DNA of 64,000 nt. It comes from Schizochytrium sp. TIO01 (taxonomy: Eukaryota; Protista; Bigyra: Labyrinthulomycetes). Positions 47,101 to 59,100 of the stretch are shown in pieces (within the stretch, counting starts at the first letter, position 1; each line of letters starts with the position of its first letter). The notes beneath the pieces are model-generated. The model saw nothing but the letters and a program-made list of their open reading frames with translations. It did not search any database and was not told the origin of the DNA. The stretch is from contig SMSO01000034.1 in assembly GCA_004764695.1 (NCBI GenBank), positions 4,154,001 to 4,218,000 on the forward strand, read 5' to 3'. Both the position numbers and the translations under genes were made by a program.

Positions 47101-47230
47101 TAACACGATGTTGCAACGAATCTAACATCCCCTGCAGGTCATCAATGCTCGCTTCAGGAGCTGTTTCCACAATAAGTGCCCACCAGAGCCCCTCTGCAAG
47201 GCCAAGCCACCGTGATGTCGGAGCCCGCAT
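44180..47230 (-). CDS. Uncharacterised 1016-aa protein with EF-hand-like, HMG-box-like and PH domains
   Basis: FFCLDREGRGFITADD (EF loop), GYRLFEAE...VSTLWDGLSHDDKQVY (HMG box), REGIL...QGSVRL...SYKFFAEERDEIDAWHADI (PH). Confidence 0.75.
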   Translation of the reverse strand: MRAPTSRWLGLAEGLWWALIVETAPEASIDDLQGMLDSLQHRVNGDLSAGEFVRIFARWGQAHRGSAASKPDSVTSPSRNKSISRVSKAVFCTEIGSRELSERNLALIFATVVNERNRSLLAVTKAFPEQAQKMRMRLALCEKVFFCLDREGRGFITADDALGLVFTQQVDAWERLSGKDPSKFRAKMSVQNLQDLGMRTLRVLANNQTRDGVLTLGQFKEHCLQLAESGASTSTQFARRRPSANGNMAPTLTLDDMGLHKLLVTLNSHEDVFAEVSSCWVHVVNREIEEKESQDGTSIALARFLCVQGPRIRLERYAPAHEWGSTEDINLLWKGFARGSSARSQPHWFKLIERVVDSFKSSLNKLIIRYFGEAPQTELTGVSTEYSPRPSSQSILKSRKPSGTLYGHSSNELNSRTNEGRPSVGSVSDHVARYMIDLEALDEANNANGKHVPYSKAESNVSGRTDGVSALDKMSTDAYQGEGLYSGNPFDSSFAPSPQSPGRTVHQQDGAHMIKGYRLFEAEKTKLFGFSPSQVSTLWDGLSHDDKQVYIDMSRAASSPNDHDRGVQSKSRRNSSSTGSSAYDDGNGDSSQIVIVQMPAQDKSLLRSRLRERAMILPSNLANAVWTPLSIDVAIEHMLAAKFALGSISGSPGQKDIDSFPNADSTEELLSRRGISPRRSESTIREGILRTQPFGTTGSRELYVKLCLGAQPGASELSMSSSNGHSNQGSVRLHGSTVARILQRSAHGLVVRTSERSYKFFAEERDEIDAWHADICFVIAAAASGERSNSSPLGSSFPFGPPTVSSSFSRDGIEPSQSWVQKKNASSAPPSQYNPRMSPSTMRSASPLYNGQHESGDFNPLRLSPLENMDQRYSSGIDDSRFSRPTQRSPSSSFMSPGFQPNGNVARSAVTPVTQYGEYEEQDERLRQLENAAKLLRHAAEGMNTTVFPQRRSPQPPSGMAGRPRTGTDDNYPTVPSRRPPTNPRSSLDGNDYQTRNGNLGSLEDEEDSFEDCAED

Positions 47231-47474
47231 TTTGTTTACTTTATCGTTTTTACCAAAGATAATTAGACTCCGCGATTCAACTTAATTCTGACAAACGTGA
47301 GATCGGTCCACTCTCTTCCTTCAACTTAGGAGGGAAGTCGCCAACTCTACAAGCTCCCTCTGATCAGGGCTTTCCAGTCTCCGCTCAAAAGTGCTTCGAA
47401 TGCACCACCCTTTGTGAGCTCGCGGTTGGATCAGACAATCCTTAGTTTGAGTCGAATCTGCTTTGCACGGTCCC

Positions 47475-50400
47475 TCACACTAGATCCACAAGTGTCTGCA
47501 GCACACGCCTTGCCACCGCTGCGACGCTGGCTTCACCTTCCCCCTCCAATCGTTGTGCTGCCGCGCGCACCGTCTCGATGTCGGCTGCGCGAGGCCTTGA
47601 AGAGGATTTGCTCTGCTCGCGAAGGTAACCAAAACTTTGGTTTTGCAAAAGGCTCTGTTCTCCTGATTGTTCTTTTCCCTGTCCTTGTGTGCTCATAATA
47701 ACCTCGTTACTGTTCTTATTTAGGTCTCCTCCTTCCTTGTCTGGGCTCTCCCCATTGGGTGCCAACTTGCCATCGTGGTTGTTACTCTTAAGGTTAAGAT
47801 TAGGAGGATCATTAGAACCGGCGAGGGTATTGCGATTGGAATTTTGACTGCCGGGCACAGCACGTGAAGACAATAATTCTGAGCACGATTGCGGTGTTGG
47901 AGAGGGGCTCACAGGTGTGATTGGATTTACTGTACATGACGAATCTGGAGCTGTCAAACAGGGTGCGACAGTCGTAGGATCATTGCTTTGTGCGATTCCT
48001 CTGCCCGAATTCAGGTTGATATTCGAGCAAACAGGTACACGCTTAGTGGAATTTGGGCCAGATCTACAATCGGTGTTTAATAATTGACCAGCAGCAGGGG
48101 AGGATATCAACGATTGTGCCCTCCCCACTGTACTTTCAGAGACTAATATATCCTTTGAGGATTTCAAGGAGTTCAAGAGAGGTATAAGAAGAGGTGCGCC
48201 AACGAGAAATTGAGATTCAGCAGATCTGGGAAAACGACGTGGTGTTGAGAGTGCTTCAGAAGCAATATCGTTCTTACCAGGCAATACTGAAGCGAGGACA
48301 CTGAGACAACGACTTAAATCGAGAATTTCCAGATGAGCGGCCAGATAGTAAAGAATGCATGGCGCAACTCTAACCTTTGACGAAGAATAGCTGGGAACTT
48401 GCGCAAGTACCTCAGAGAACACATCTACAGTTGATAACTTGGGATACCATGTTTCGAAAGTATGGGTCACCCACGCACCCAAAATAAGTAAATCACAACA
48501 TTTAGCGTATGAAGATCTGGCTGCCATGGCTTCCCAGAGAATGAATTGTGAACATGGTGGAAACTTCGGGCCTTGACACAAACTTAACAATTCCTGAACT
48601 TGATTTTCGAGAACAAGCTGTTCGCCGTTGATAAAGGCATTTCGATATTTAAGCCAAATGAACATGCCAAGGAAAGGCTGGATTAGCGAAACGTGAGCAG
48701 ATTTGTTTCTCGCGAATGGATCATTTTGACAAAATATGTTCAAGACATGTAATATATGACTCAAGGTAACTTCCCCTAGATCACATTTGCTTGCGAGAAG
48801 CTTCAAAAGGCTTCGCACAAGCTTCTCACGACGTCCGCTGTCAGAAGAAGGCCATGCCCCAATTACGCATGACGCAAGATGCACAGTTGTACGATCCACA
48901 TCTTCTTCAGACTTATTTAATGCATTGCTCATGCTTTCCTCTACTCTTGCACACAGCGCGGCTACAAGAGAGGGCCAAAATTCCAGAGCGTGCGTGCAAA
49001 ATACCTGGCGAATATGAGAACCCCAGCCGGGAACAAGAACTAGGACACCATTCAGAAGATCTGGGTTGTTTGGAATCGATGGACATACTGAGAGCGGTCG
49101 CGAAGATCTTCTTTAGATCGTTCTCAGCTCTTGAAGAATCGATTGCCTGTAGTCCATCCAAAAAGATCTCAGTTGGTTTCATCACTTCTATAGTCTCTTC
49201 CCTAAAAGCTGGAGGAGAAAATGATGGTGTAAGTTCCATCGCCTGAATCCGAGACGAAGCCCAAACTTGTAGAGCCACACGATCAACCAATAGGCCTCCC
49301 TCTCCATCATTCAAACTATAGTTTGCCAAAGCAAGAACAAGTTGTGTATGTGCATCTTTTGCAAGCTGCAGGTTACCATACCACATGGGATACATAACTC
49401 TACCCAAAATTGTTGGAACGAGCCAAAACTTGGCAAGTCTTGCAAAGTTTTTCGCAAACTCTAGCAAAGGTGTGGGCGACTGGTTGATAATATAATCTCC
49501 AATAAAGAGGTGTACAAGATAATGTGAAACGCGACTTTGCGCAGAAACAGTAGAATCCGAGGCTATTTTACGAAATGCTTGAGTAACGCCAAGGAAATTG
49601 ATCTCCTCACGAAGATGTGCTACAAGAGCTCGAGATTGAAGCACATTGTTGGAAAGCCTTGTTCTTTTCTTGTGCACAACCATGACGTGCTCTCTAATTG
49701 CTTCAATAGATTGCCCAGACACAAGAGTTTTCCATGCGCGAAAAATGTCTCGGTCGATATTTTCAGAGGGAGGCAGTGAATTTGTATGAAAGCGCTTCAT
49801 AACTTTCTCACGAAACCATGTCCGATAAATTTGATTTTCATCTGGATTATTCAGAATTGCCTTATGTTCAGCATCTTGCTCAATGTTATCCGGCGTTGTT
49901 TGGCATGGCGGCAGGTTTCCTACTGTAGCTGCTTGAGCAAGTTGCGAAGCTAATATCAACTTAGAAGTTCGGAGTTTAGATGACTTTGACTTTCCGAAGC
50001 ATTCCTCTAATAGGTCGTTAGCGATCAGGAGAGCCTGTGCGCGCCCTTCAAGGCCAGGGGTTGCGTTTACACATAAATAAAGTGATAGCCAATCACATTC
50101 TTGAGCAGACTTCGCATCAAGATAAACATCAACAAACATCCGTACAATCGAGGCATTGCCTAACGTCTCAGCTAAGGATTTCAATAATCGCATTTGAACT
50201 AGGAGAGCCTCCATGAAGCCTTGTGCAGGAGCGCTCTCTGCTGAGCTCCCAGTGAACCAGGCCAGGGGTTTACAAATACCTCCAAAAAAACGTTCTGCTT
50301 GTTCCTTCGACTCAGCTTGGAAGGAGTACTGAAATATTGTGAGGCCTTGCACATACTCCTTGAAACTCAAACTAGTCTCTCGCAAGCACCACGCAAGAGC

Positions 50401-50931
50401 CCCACGTGTGCCTGAAGAACTGTTTACGAGATCCCTCCATGCTTCTGGGCTCTGTGATTGTGAAATGATTGTACGCCAAAATTTCGCATCTATAGTGGAA
50501 AACCTCGTCACACAGTACTCTGCTACACGTCTACTATGAATCACTTTTGCTTTATGAAGCCCTTCTACTAAGAGCACTAATGTCTCTAACTTTTCATCAG
50601 GAACCATATCTAGAGCTTGCACACTAATGACAGAACCTCGAAGACCAAGTTCTCGTGACGCCTTTACCACCTCATCTGAGTTCTGTGACATCGCCGCAGC
50701 CACCAGCATCCTTGACAGTCGTGCAATACTTTGATGGCTCAGATTGTCTTCGCTTCTGACAAATTTCGCTTTTTTGGCATCTCCGGACACGTCAAGTTTG
50801 CCTTCGAGAGCGGTCTCCGTTGAAGCGGAGTCTTCGGAACGCCATGTGGTGGTTAGATCAGGCCGGATCCGTTTGCCAACAGCAGAGCGCGCTGTCCGTG
50901 CAAGCTGCAAAACAGCGTCCACGTCGTCCAT
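47475..50931 (-). CDS. Large alpha-helical protein with FANCA-like motifs; one +1 discontinuity near 49060-49110 (about 1150 aa if joined)
   Basis: ORFs 48913-50961 and 47475-48932 overlap in adjacent frames. The downstream frame is open from about 49110 (NPDLLNGVLVLVPGWGSHIRQVF). First ATG is at 50931. The FANCA resemblance is by eye only. Confidence 0.7.
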
Positions 50932-52379
50932 ACTAGGCTCTGAGCCAGTCCAGGCGCTCAAGATGAACCAATCTAAATATCAAGCGAGTGGGATTGCAAC
51001 TAATAAGTTCAACTTGGTTTTGGATGCCTACATTCGCGTTCTTACTAAGGTACACTTTAAAAAATGTACTTTTTAATTTTTAATTTAAAACATATATATA
51101 TTTTTTAAGATGATGAATAATAGCAGTACTCTTTTTTACCTGAGGTCAGGATCGATTTTGACTGAGAATTATGCTTTATGAGAGTGGTCCAGCTTGAGTC
51201 AATTACAGGTGGATTTCGTGAATAAGCAATTCATGTGAGAGATGATTAGTTTGTGAGGGGAAGTGGAGGTTACTGAAAGAGGAAGGAACGAGACCCATTT
51301 GTTTACACAGTGGGGCTAAGAAGAGATTGTCTTGCGATGTGCTTGAAATGTAAGTGGGTACATATATATTGTGTTTCAACTCAGATCAGAGACTAACTTC
51401 TGGTTGAGAGATTGCAATCATGCTATACTGATGTTAAGACACGGCTAGAAAACGTTGCACACTAATTATATGCAGTGCCAAGAATTATTCATCAAGAATG
51501 ACAGGGAAGTCTATACTCATCCGTTTGGCAGATATTTCTTTTGAATAAGAGCTGTAGGAGTCTAACAACATGTTAATGCTCAAAAGAGAGAAATTGTGAG
51601 AAACCTAACAAATGGAATTCCGTCTCTTTCAGCCTCTCTAATTCCTTTGATTGAAAAAGTTGAATCCTACATTATAGATTTTGAGGCTGTTGTCGGAGGA
51701 CAAGAGTACCCGGTAGGTAATGAGTTTAATTTACCATAGGGTTTGGAAGAGAGCTCGTGATTTCACGCAGAATTCTACTCAGTCAGCAAGTAAAAGAGCT
51801 TGCCTTTGAAGCTGCGTACTGTAGGATGGGTATTCTTATACCGGTTGTACCTATTACGTAACCCCATAAGTGTAAAGGTACGTTTCTGTTAGTCTCGTCT
51901 CGGTGTACCTGCAGAACCCAGCAGTGCAAAAGAGCATTCCCTGGCTTAGGATTACACATCTTATGCTCCCGTTTTCGGGTTTTCGTGAAAATCTGTGTTT
52001 GTGTAGACGCTTTATATTTGCTTCCTAATCTAATCGTGTGAATTTGCATAAATTTCAAGTTTGATATTAAGCGACTTTCAAAAGCCATAATGCTGCCCAT
52101 TCTTGTTGCTCTTTCTAGACACTACCTAGGTAGTACCTACCCACTTTGCACAGACCGAAGCCTTAATCTTTGATGACCCATCGTAGGGATTACGGCTCCT
52201 AGGTTCGGTATCACTGCGAGCTTTTCTACATCTCCTTAAAGTAATATGCACCTAGGTACCTGCTAGTGCTGTAGTAACGAAGAGAATGTAGGACCTTAAC
52301 ACATTTCGTTTGTATCGATTGCATTGGTCTCAGTGGAATGATTCCACCCCATCAAAAGTGCACGAGGGAGCTCAGAAAT

Positions 52380-53280
52380 GTCAAAATTTGGGCCAAGCCA
52401 TATCCAAAGCAGAGCGCCTATGAGACAAGCTATGGCGTCTTGAGATCTTCGCGGAGAATATCTGGTTCCTGTCCGAAGCGAACCCTGCTGCAATCTGAAG
52501 CTTACTTACATCCCGGCCGTAGCACCCTTACTCCATGACTTAATAAGTAACAACCAAGGGCACCTCGAACACCTTGTATCTCCGGTATATAACCGACGAG
52601 AACCCGATTCTAGAACAGAACGAATGGAACGGTGCTGGACTTGTAAAGTCTAAGTTGGGTGGCAATCCGAATGTACGAATGGATGAATGAGTTTAATGTA
52701 ACAGGTACCCAATTTCAGGCCGAAGCGAATGCCGATGATGCCAGGATTGCGGAGTGAAATCTGCCAGTGAAGCCATTCAGGCTGAGGCTGCGCGATTCGA
52801 CGAGCTGCAATCAGCGAGGAGTGGCGCTGAAGCAACGCGTATGCCACGAGTGAACACATTCCTGTGGTGCATACAGTAAGTAATATGCATTCGCTTTCGC
52901 TTCAAAGTTGCAAACCGGAGATTTCATGATTTATGTGTCACTTGTCACTGGTTTCCTGGACAACGGTGCTTCATACAAGAAGGGATCAGGCGAGTGCATA
53001 GCGAAGGCGGATTGCGACTAGTTCATAGATCTGATGACATTATCTGATGAAAGCATCGCTCGCGTTGCGCCCTTTAACATTCATGCACGCAACATCTGAG
53101 TGCGGCTTTTGGAGAAATCGGGCTGCCAGTGCGATTAAAAGCAAAAGTCCGCGAGATCCGACAGAACATCCAAGCTTGACGTTGATAAGTAGCTCGAACG
53201 AGGGAGCAACACCTACCTGGTGGTGAGCGCAGATACCGCCTGATATTTCAACCTGCAGGAGGGAATGGCAAATCGCCTGA
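52380..53280 (+). pseudogene. Decayed papain-family (C1A) cysteine protease
   Basis: Propeptide ERFNIN-spaced motif D-x3-R-x2-IF-x2-N-x3-L-x3-N at 52424-52483. Weaker colinear remnants follow (TYIPAVAPLLHDL, EWNGAGLV, CG..SASEAIQA, NTYLVV, YFNLQEG), broken by stops and frameshifts. Confidence 0.4.
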
Positions 53281-53310
53281 AGAAATAAATACCTTGGGGT
53301 TTACAAAGCT

Positions 53311-53339
53311 GTTTGTTTGTTTGTTTGTTTGTTTGTTTG
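53311..53339. repeat. (GTTT)n microsatellite
   Basis: Directly visible. Confidence 0.9.
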
Positions 53340-54260
53340 CCTTATTGAAAAATGTTCTTGTGATTTGTACCCTTGATTGTTATTCTTCTACAAAATCGCG
53401 ATGGATTCTTTAAACCTTGAAAACATTAAGGAATCCAGCGCTTTGCGACACGAGCTGAGGCTTCAGGGGTCGTGGTGCCGTCTGCCAGCCGAGGCATTCA
53501 ATGGGGGGAGCATTCCCTATTTCTGTCGTGGTGTTAAAAGCTCCTCAAGTGTTGAAGTCGAAAGCTTCATGGCTGTGATTTTTGTTTTTGTTTTTTTGTT
53601 CTGATTTCTACAAAAGTTATTATTTTATCATAAATTCTTACCCAGAAGAGATTAGAGAATTGATTGTACGCGCTGAGACGAATCTCCCGTGGTGGTTCTT
53701 TCTGCATCGAATTGAGATTGTTCTGACGGCATCTTTTCCTTCACGAGAAACACCCGCATGGCGAGGTCCGTGTAGCACAACGATTCCTCTACCGGATGAT
53801 GGGTTTTGCTCTCTTCAACCCATTTGTCAATTTCTTTATTAGTCTATTCTGCTAAGCCCTGTAGTTGATCGTAGGGGTTAATAGATAGATATTAATTAAT
53901 ATGTTGGCTTTCAATTTAGTTTATTGATTTACATTGATAATGAATACGCTAAACATTAGGAGTCCAGTAGATTTTGAAATCGCCTTTTTGCTTCAAAGGA
54001 AATGTCAAAGTTGTCGATCTTTTTTCTCTTTCTTGCGGACAGAGACAGCAAATCCGGATTGTGGATGGATACCTTGCCACGCCTCCGGCATCCCAGAGCA
54101 CAAGCACCCTGAGCCTGTGACGCGGTTGCACTAAGCAAGTGACATACTGAGACGAAGCAAACAAGCGCTAGTTATCGATTGAACGAGTCGTTGAGTCGCA
54201 AGACTTGCTTGAACTAGGAAAGCTAATTTAATTAGAGGAGTTATAAGGCCAAGAGTTAAG

Positions 54261-55556
54261 ATGGCAGCCAACATTGAAATGGATGCTCGCAAGCTTTTCG
54301 CTGTGAAGTACGATGGTGTAGACCCGAATGGCGAGGCACCTCCTGCTGGAGATCTCAATGGCGCAGTTTGTGTGGCCGCCCCTGGACGTGTGAACCTCAT
54401 TGGTGAGCACACGGACTACAATGATGGATTTGTGATGCCTTTGGCCCTCAAAATGGCTACCATTTGCGTAGCTCGCAAGCGTGCTGATAAGTCTAACAAG
54501 TGCAGAATTGTCTCCACGTTTAACCCTGATAATGTGGTAGAGTTCACGCTCGACGAGACTACGGACAGTCTTGTACCCGGTGCTGATAAGTCATGGGCCA
54601 AGTATGTTAAGGGTGTCGTGAAGGGCTACATGGGAGAACTCTCTAAGGCTGCGGGCACCAGCGATGGCACTGCAATTGGTTTTGATGCAGCATTTGCTAG
54701 TGACGTCCCCATCGGATCTGGCCTGAGTAGCTCTGCCTCTCTGGAAGTCTGCACTGCCATCATGCTGGAGCAGGTGTTCGGTGTCTCGAGCGTGTCACCT
54801 GTTGATCGTGCACTCCGCTGCGTGGAGGCAGAGCACACCTTTGCCTTTATGCCATGCGGAATTATGGACCAGTTCATCTCTTCCTGTGCAGTCAAGGGCT
54901 CCGCTCTTTTGATCGACTGTCGTTCGCACGAGACCACCAAGGTTAACCTTGATGACCCCGACCTTGTAATTGTTGTGGCCAATTCCAACGTGAAGCATGA
55001 ACTTACTGGAAGTGAATACCCTGATCGCGTGAAGCAGTGCAAGGCTGCAGTCGAAGTGGTCGCTGAGCATTTCAAGTCGGATGGCAAGTCTCGCACCCAC
55101 CTTCGTGATATCAAGCTTGAGGAACTCGAGCAAGTCAAGGATAAACTTGATGCGGTTACCTTCAAGCGTGCTCTTCACGGCATCACTGAGGACAAGCGCA
55201 CTCTCGAAGCTGCAAAGGCTGCCGAGGCAAAGGACTATGATCGTTTTGGCAAGCTTATGGTTGAGTCGCACAACTCTCTGCGCGACAACTATCAAGTTAG
55301 TGTTCCTGAAATCGACTTTCTCGTTGAGCATGGCATTAAGCAGGACGGTGTTTTTGGCTCTCGCATTACTGGTGGAGGATTTGGTGGTTGCACTGTCTCT
55401 CTTGTCAAGCACGACCAAGCTCAGGCTGTCATGGACGAACTCACCCGCGCTTACAAGGAGAAATACAACAATGATTGCACCTGCTTCGCTACTAAGTTCG
55501 AGGACGGCGCTCGGCTCCTTTGGGACCATTCCCAGAAGTCCTCCCTTTCTGCTTAG
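54261..55556 (+). CDS. GALK1: Galactokinase (GHMP kinase)
   Basis: 431 aa. APGRVNLIGEHTDYNDG, PIGSGLSSSA, CGIMDQ, GSRITGGGFGG. Confidence 0.96.
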   Translation: MAANIEMDARKLFAVKYDGVDPNGEAPPAGDLNGAVCVAAPGRVNLIGEHTDYNDGFVMPLALKMATICVARKRADKSNKCRIVSTFNPDNVVEFTLDETTDSLVPGADKSWAKYVKGVVKGYMGELSKAAGTSDGTAIGFDAAFASDVPIGSGLSSSASLEVCTAIMLEQVFGVSSVSPVDRALRCVEAEHTFAFMPCGIMDQFISSCAVKGSALLIDCRSHETTKVNLDDPDLVIVVANSNVKHELTGSEYPDRVKQCKAAVEVVAEHFKSDGKSRTHLRDIKLEELEQVKDKLDAVTFKRALHGITEDKRTLEAAKAAEAKDYDRFGKLMVESHNSLRDNYQVSVPEIDFLVEHGIKQDGVFGSRITGGGFGGCTVSLVKHDQAQAVMDELTRAYKEKYNNDCTCFATKFEDGARLLWDHSQKSSLSA

Positions 55557-56143
55557 ATGATTCCCCTTAGCAACTTGGTTGAGTCTGTGCAGAATTTTGA
55601 GGGAGGACAGCCTCTATGGGCGCGCAGGGTTGTATTTGTCGTCCTGCGTATAATCTTTATCCTCAACTTGCTGTAGAACCTGAGTTTTCAGTTTCACATA
55701 ATATGTTTAGAGGCACTCGTGTCTATGCTGTGTCTCTGAAGTTCTCATTCTGATTTTGGTATGTTCTATACAAACAAACATAAAACCCGCCAAGTAGTAA
55801 GCTTGGTGAAAAGGTACCAAAGATCATTTCATTTGCCCCCCCCCAAAAAAACAAAAACAAAACAAAAAAACAAAAAACATGGCATGAATGGCAAAAGAAC
55901 CAGCACGCCTCACCACTCAACGTAGAATACATTTCATTTCCATAATATGCTTATTCAAAATTTGAAACAAATCAGAAATTATATTTACTTTTTTTTCTTT
56001 GCTGATTTTCAACCTGATAAACTACCCAGGCTGTTTATTCTTGCTTGTATTTTTTCAAATTCACAGACAAATCAAGATGGAAACAACAAGGCAAAGGACT
56101 TTGATATTTTAATGTAGGTGTTTTACTGTCATCAACAATATGA

Positions 56144-59100
56144 TTAGATCTCGTCAGCCTGCAGAAGCTTTTTCTGAGAGTGGATCTCGAGCTGACGCAA
56201 TAGCTTATGGATTCTTTGTCCTGTGTACGAAAGACTCTCTTCCTCGTTGCGCGGAAGGACCTCTGTCGGAGTCTTGGAACGCTCGTTTACCTTTGCCACA
56301 AGCAGCCATAAGCCTTCTTGCGTGTCGGAATGAGCTCCCTGAGACCGTGCAAGATTCAAAAGGCTGCGCACACATGGCAGAGATTCCACCCTGCATGCCC
56401 AATGTAATGCAGTATCTCCAGCTGAATCTTGTGCATAAAGCGATGCTCCCTGTTCAACTAATGCTTCAATAATATCACTTCGACCTGCCCTTGCTGCAAC
56501 ATGTACAGGCCTGGTCAGGTCAAGTGAGTTCTGTGTAGCATTCGGATTAGCCCCTTCGGATAGCAAAAATTTTACAATATCAAGCCTTGAGTACCAGCAA
56601 GCGACATGAAGTAACAGACGACCAGAATCTGGATCTGGCTGGTCAATATTAAACGATCGTCTCTCTTGATTAATTCGACGAAGTTTTTCCTCTTCAAGAG
56701 CCTTGCAAAAGTCATCAAGGCTACTATTTGTGGCCATGCAGGCTCTCCAAGGAGACGAGTACCCGTCAATATGTACTAAAAGTCTCTTGCGAATAGGCTT
56801 CTTAGCCACAGCAATAGCACCTTTTTTATGTTTCATTTTCATTGAGTCTTCAATACGTGATTTTCTGGCTGGGTGTTCTGCTTCTTCGGTAGCGCGACGC
56901 TGGCGAATGCCAAGAGTCCAAGCATTTCGACACATGTCTAAAAAGGCCTTTCGACACGCCAGCTCGTACTTCAAGCTATTTTTTGCGCTTTGGGTCGCTC
57001 TTTGATTTGCCTCCTCCGCCATCATTGCCCGTTGCTCTTTTTCTTCACGAGCATGATCACTCATCTTGCGAGCAAATGTTTCAAACTCTTGAACCTTTTG
57101 CCAAGTATCGACAGTCGCAAACATTGCCATTTCATACGTTGGCCACCATGGTGATTGGCCCTCAATACGGTCTACAACAAATCCTAATTCTGAGCGAAAA
57201 CTTCCTCCGTTATCCTGGGCAGCTTGCATGGTTCGCGCAAAAGCTTTTTCATAGTCTGCTTCCTCAATCTTCAAGATTTGTTTCACATAATATCGTGAGC
57301 GATATGCTACACGAGAGATTAATTTACTCTGCATTGCTTGCCATCGAGCTTCGAGAGATGCCTCTGAAACTGAGCTACGGTGCGAAAACACTTGCACATG
57401 TTTGATACGGATTCGGGCTAGTTCAAGTTCTGCATCTAAGCTCTGCTGAAGCCTCAATACTTTTCGAGAAGTGGTTATGTTTGCGCTTTCAAGCTTTTCA
57501 ACAATTGTCCGAAAGGAATTCGTGCCTTTTTCTAACAAAAGACAATGAAGACCAAATGTTGCCTTCGCAGCTAGCATTTGCTGTGCTTCACAGAACACTA
57601 CAGCTTTCAAAGCCTTAGAAACTGCTTCGAGCTTTTCTGGTCCATTTTTAGTTTTTGATAGTTCTTCAATTGCTTGAGTGGCTTCCTCTGCAGCAAGCTC
57701 TGCCACACGGACTGATTGCTTTAAACTTTTTGCTTTGCGCCCTTCAAGTTCCACTCCAGCCTTACGGGCAAGCTCTGTCAGAGTCATTAAGCGAGTAAAC
57801 CTTTTCGTGTTGAGAACTGATGAGACTTCAATTAGTCTCATTCGTTCTTTAACTTCGTTAGATACGCCTTCGAAATGTTCTGGTTGGTCGTCCTCGTCCT
57901 CAGCCTCAGATATATGGCCGCTACTTGCGGTAGTAAGTATAGAACATTCTGTCCTTTCGGTTTCAAAGTGAGATTTATTTGGCGCTGGACTGGATTTGGA
58001 TCGCGGGGTAGAAGTCCCACTTTGAGGTAATGTGGAAGGTTCTGATTTTATGTGTAAAGCTATGGTGTCTTTATTTTGTAAAACCGAGGTTTGCATATTA
58101 AGGCCATCTGGATCATCTTTTAAATGAGAAACAGGAGAGAGGCGTGCTAACTTCGTGTCCTCAGTACGTCCACTTTGGAAACCGTTTTCTTTAGTTGCAC
58201 TGAGTGCATCTTTGGCAACGCTACTTTCAACGCCATTTTGTTCAAAGTTCCCCTTTTCATTATCAGTGACGGCAACAATATCACTTTCATGTGATGATCC
58301 TCCAACGACATTAAGTGCTTTCGCATCATACGTATTTTTTAGGCTTGGTATGTGATCTTGAGAAGCCTTGCTGTCAACTGACGCTGGTTCATCTAGCGAA
58401 CTCTCGTTTAACTCATTTTGTTGATTGGTCTCACTACCTTCTTTGGATTCGACTTTCGAAGCCTTTCCATTAGTGTACACCCGCTCTTTTTCTTCTAACG
58501 TAGCCAGTTCTTGTGCTTTCTCGGAAATTGTTTCATTTTCTGGTTCCAACTCGTTCTTTTGCGATTGATTTGCATCTTCTAAAGTTGCCTGGGACTTATC
58601 GTTCAAAGTTACTCCTGAAAGTTTTCTTGACGAGTTTCTAGATGGTGGATCCCATGATACTTCCAAAGTTTTGGTATTGAAGAAATAAGGCTGACCGGTC
58701 AAATTGTCCAACACCTCTACCCATAATCTATCAGAGTTCCCTTGATGCCGAATCGCTCTGTATTGACGAACTCTTGTTCGCGCAATTCTGGCCCGGAATT
58801 GAATCTGGATTCTCATCACAGCAATCAGTTCATCAGAAAGACGATGATCAAAACCTTTTGCAACCGTACCAATTTCTTCTTTGGGCTCATCTTGAGGCAC
58901 TGCCCAGCTTGAAACATGTGTTTTCTGGTTGTAAAAATAAGATCGCCGTGTAGCTGGATCGTATAGCTCTACCCATGTCCATTTCCGAGACTCTCTTGGT
59001 TCGCTATTCGCTGAGGCTGTCATGCTACTTTTTGCAGTCTTCCCTGTAGATAAACTCCGTAAGCTTCCAAGTTGATCACTTTCTCTAACCTTATTCAAGT

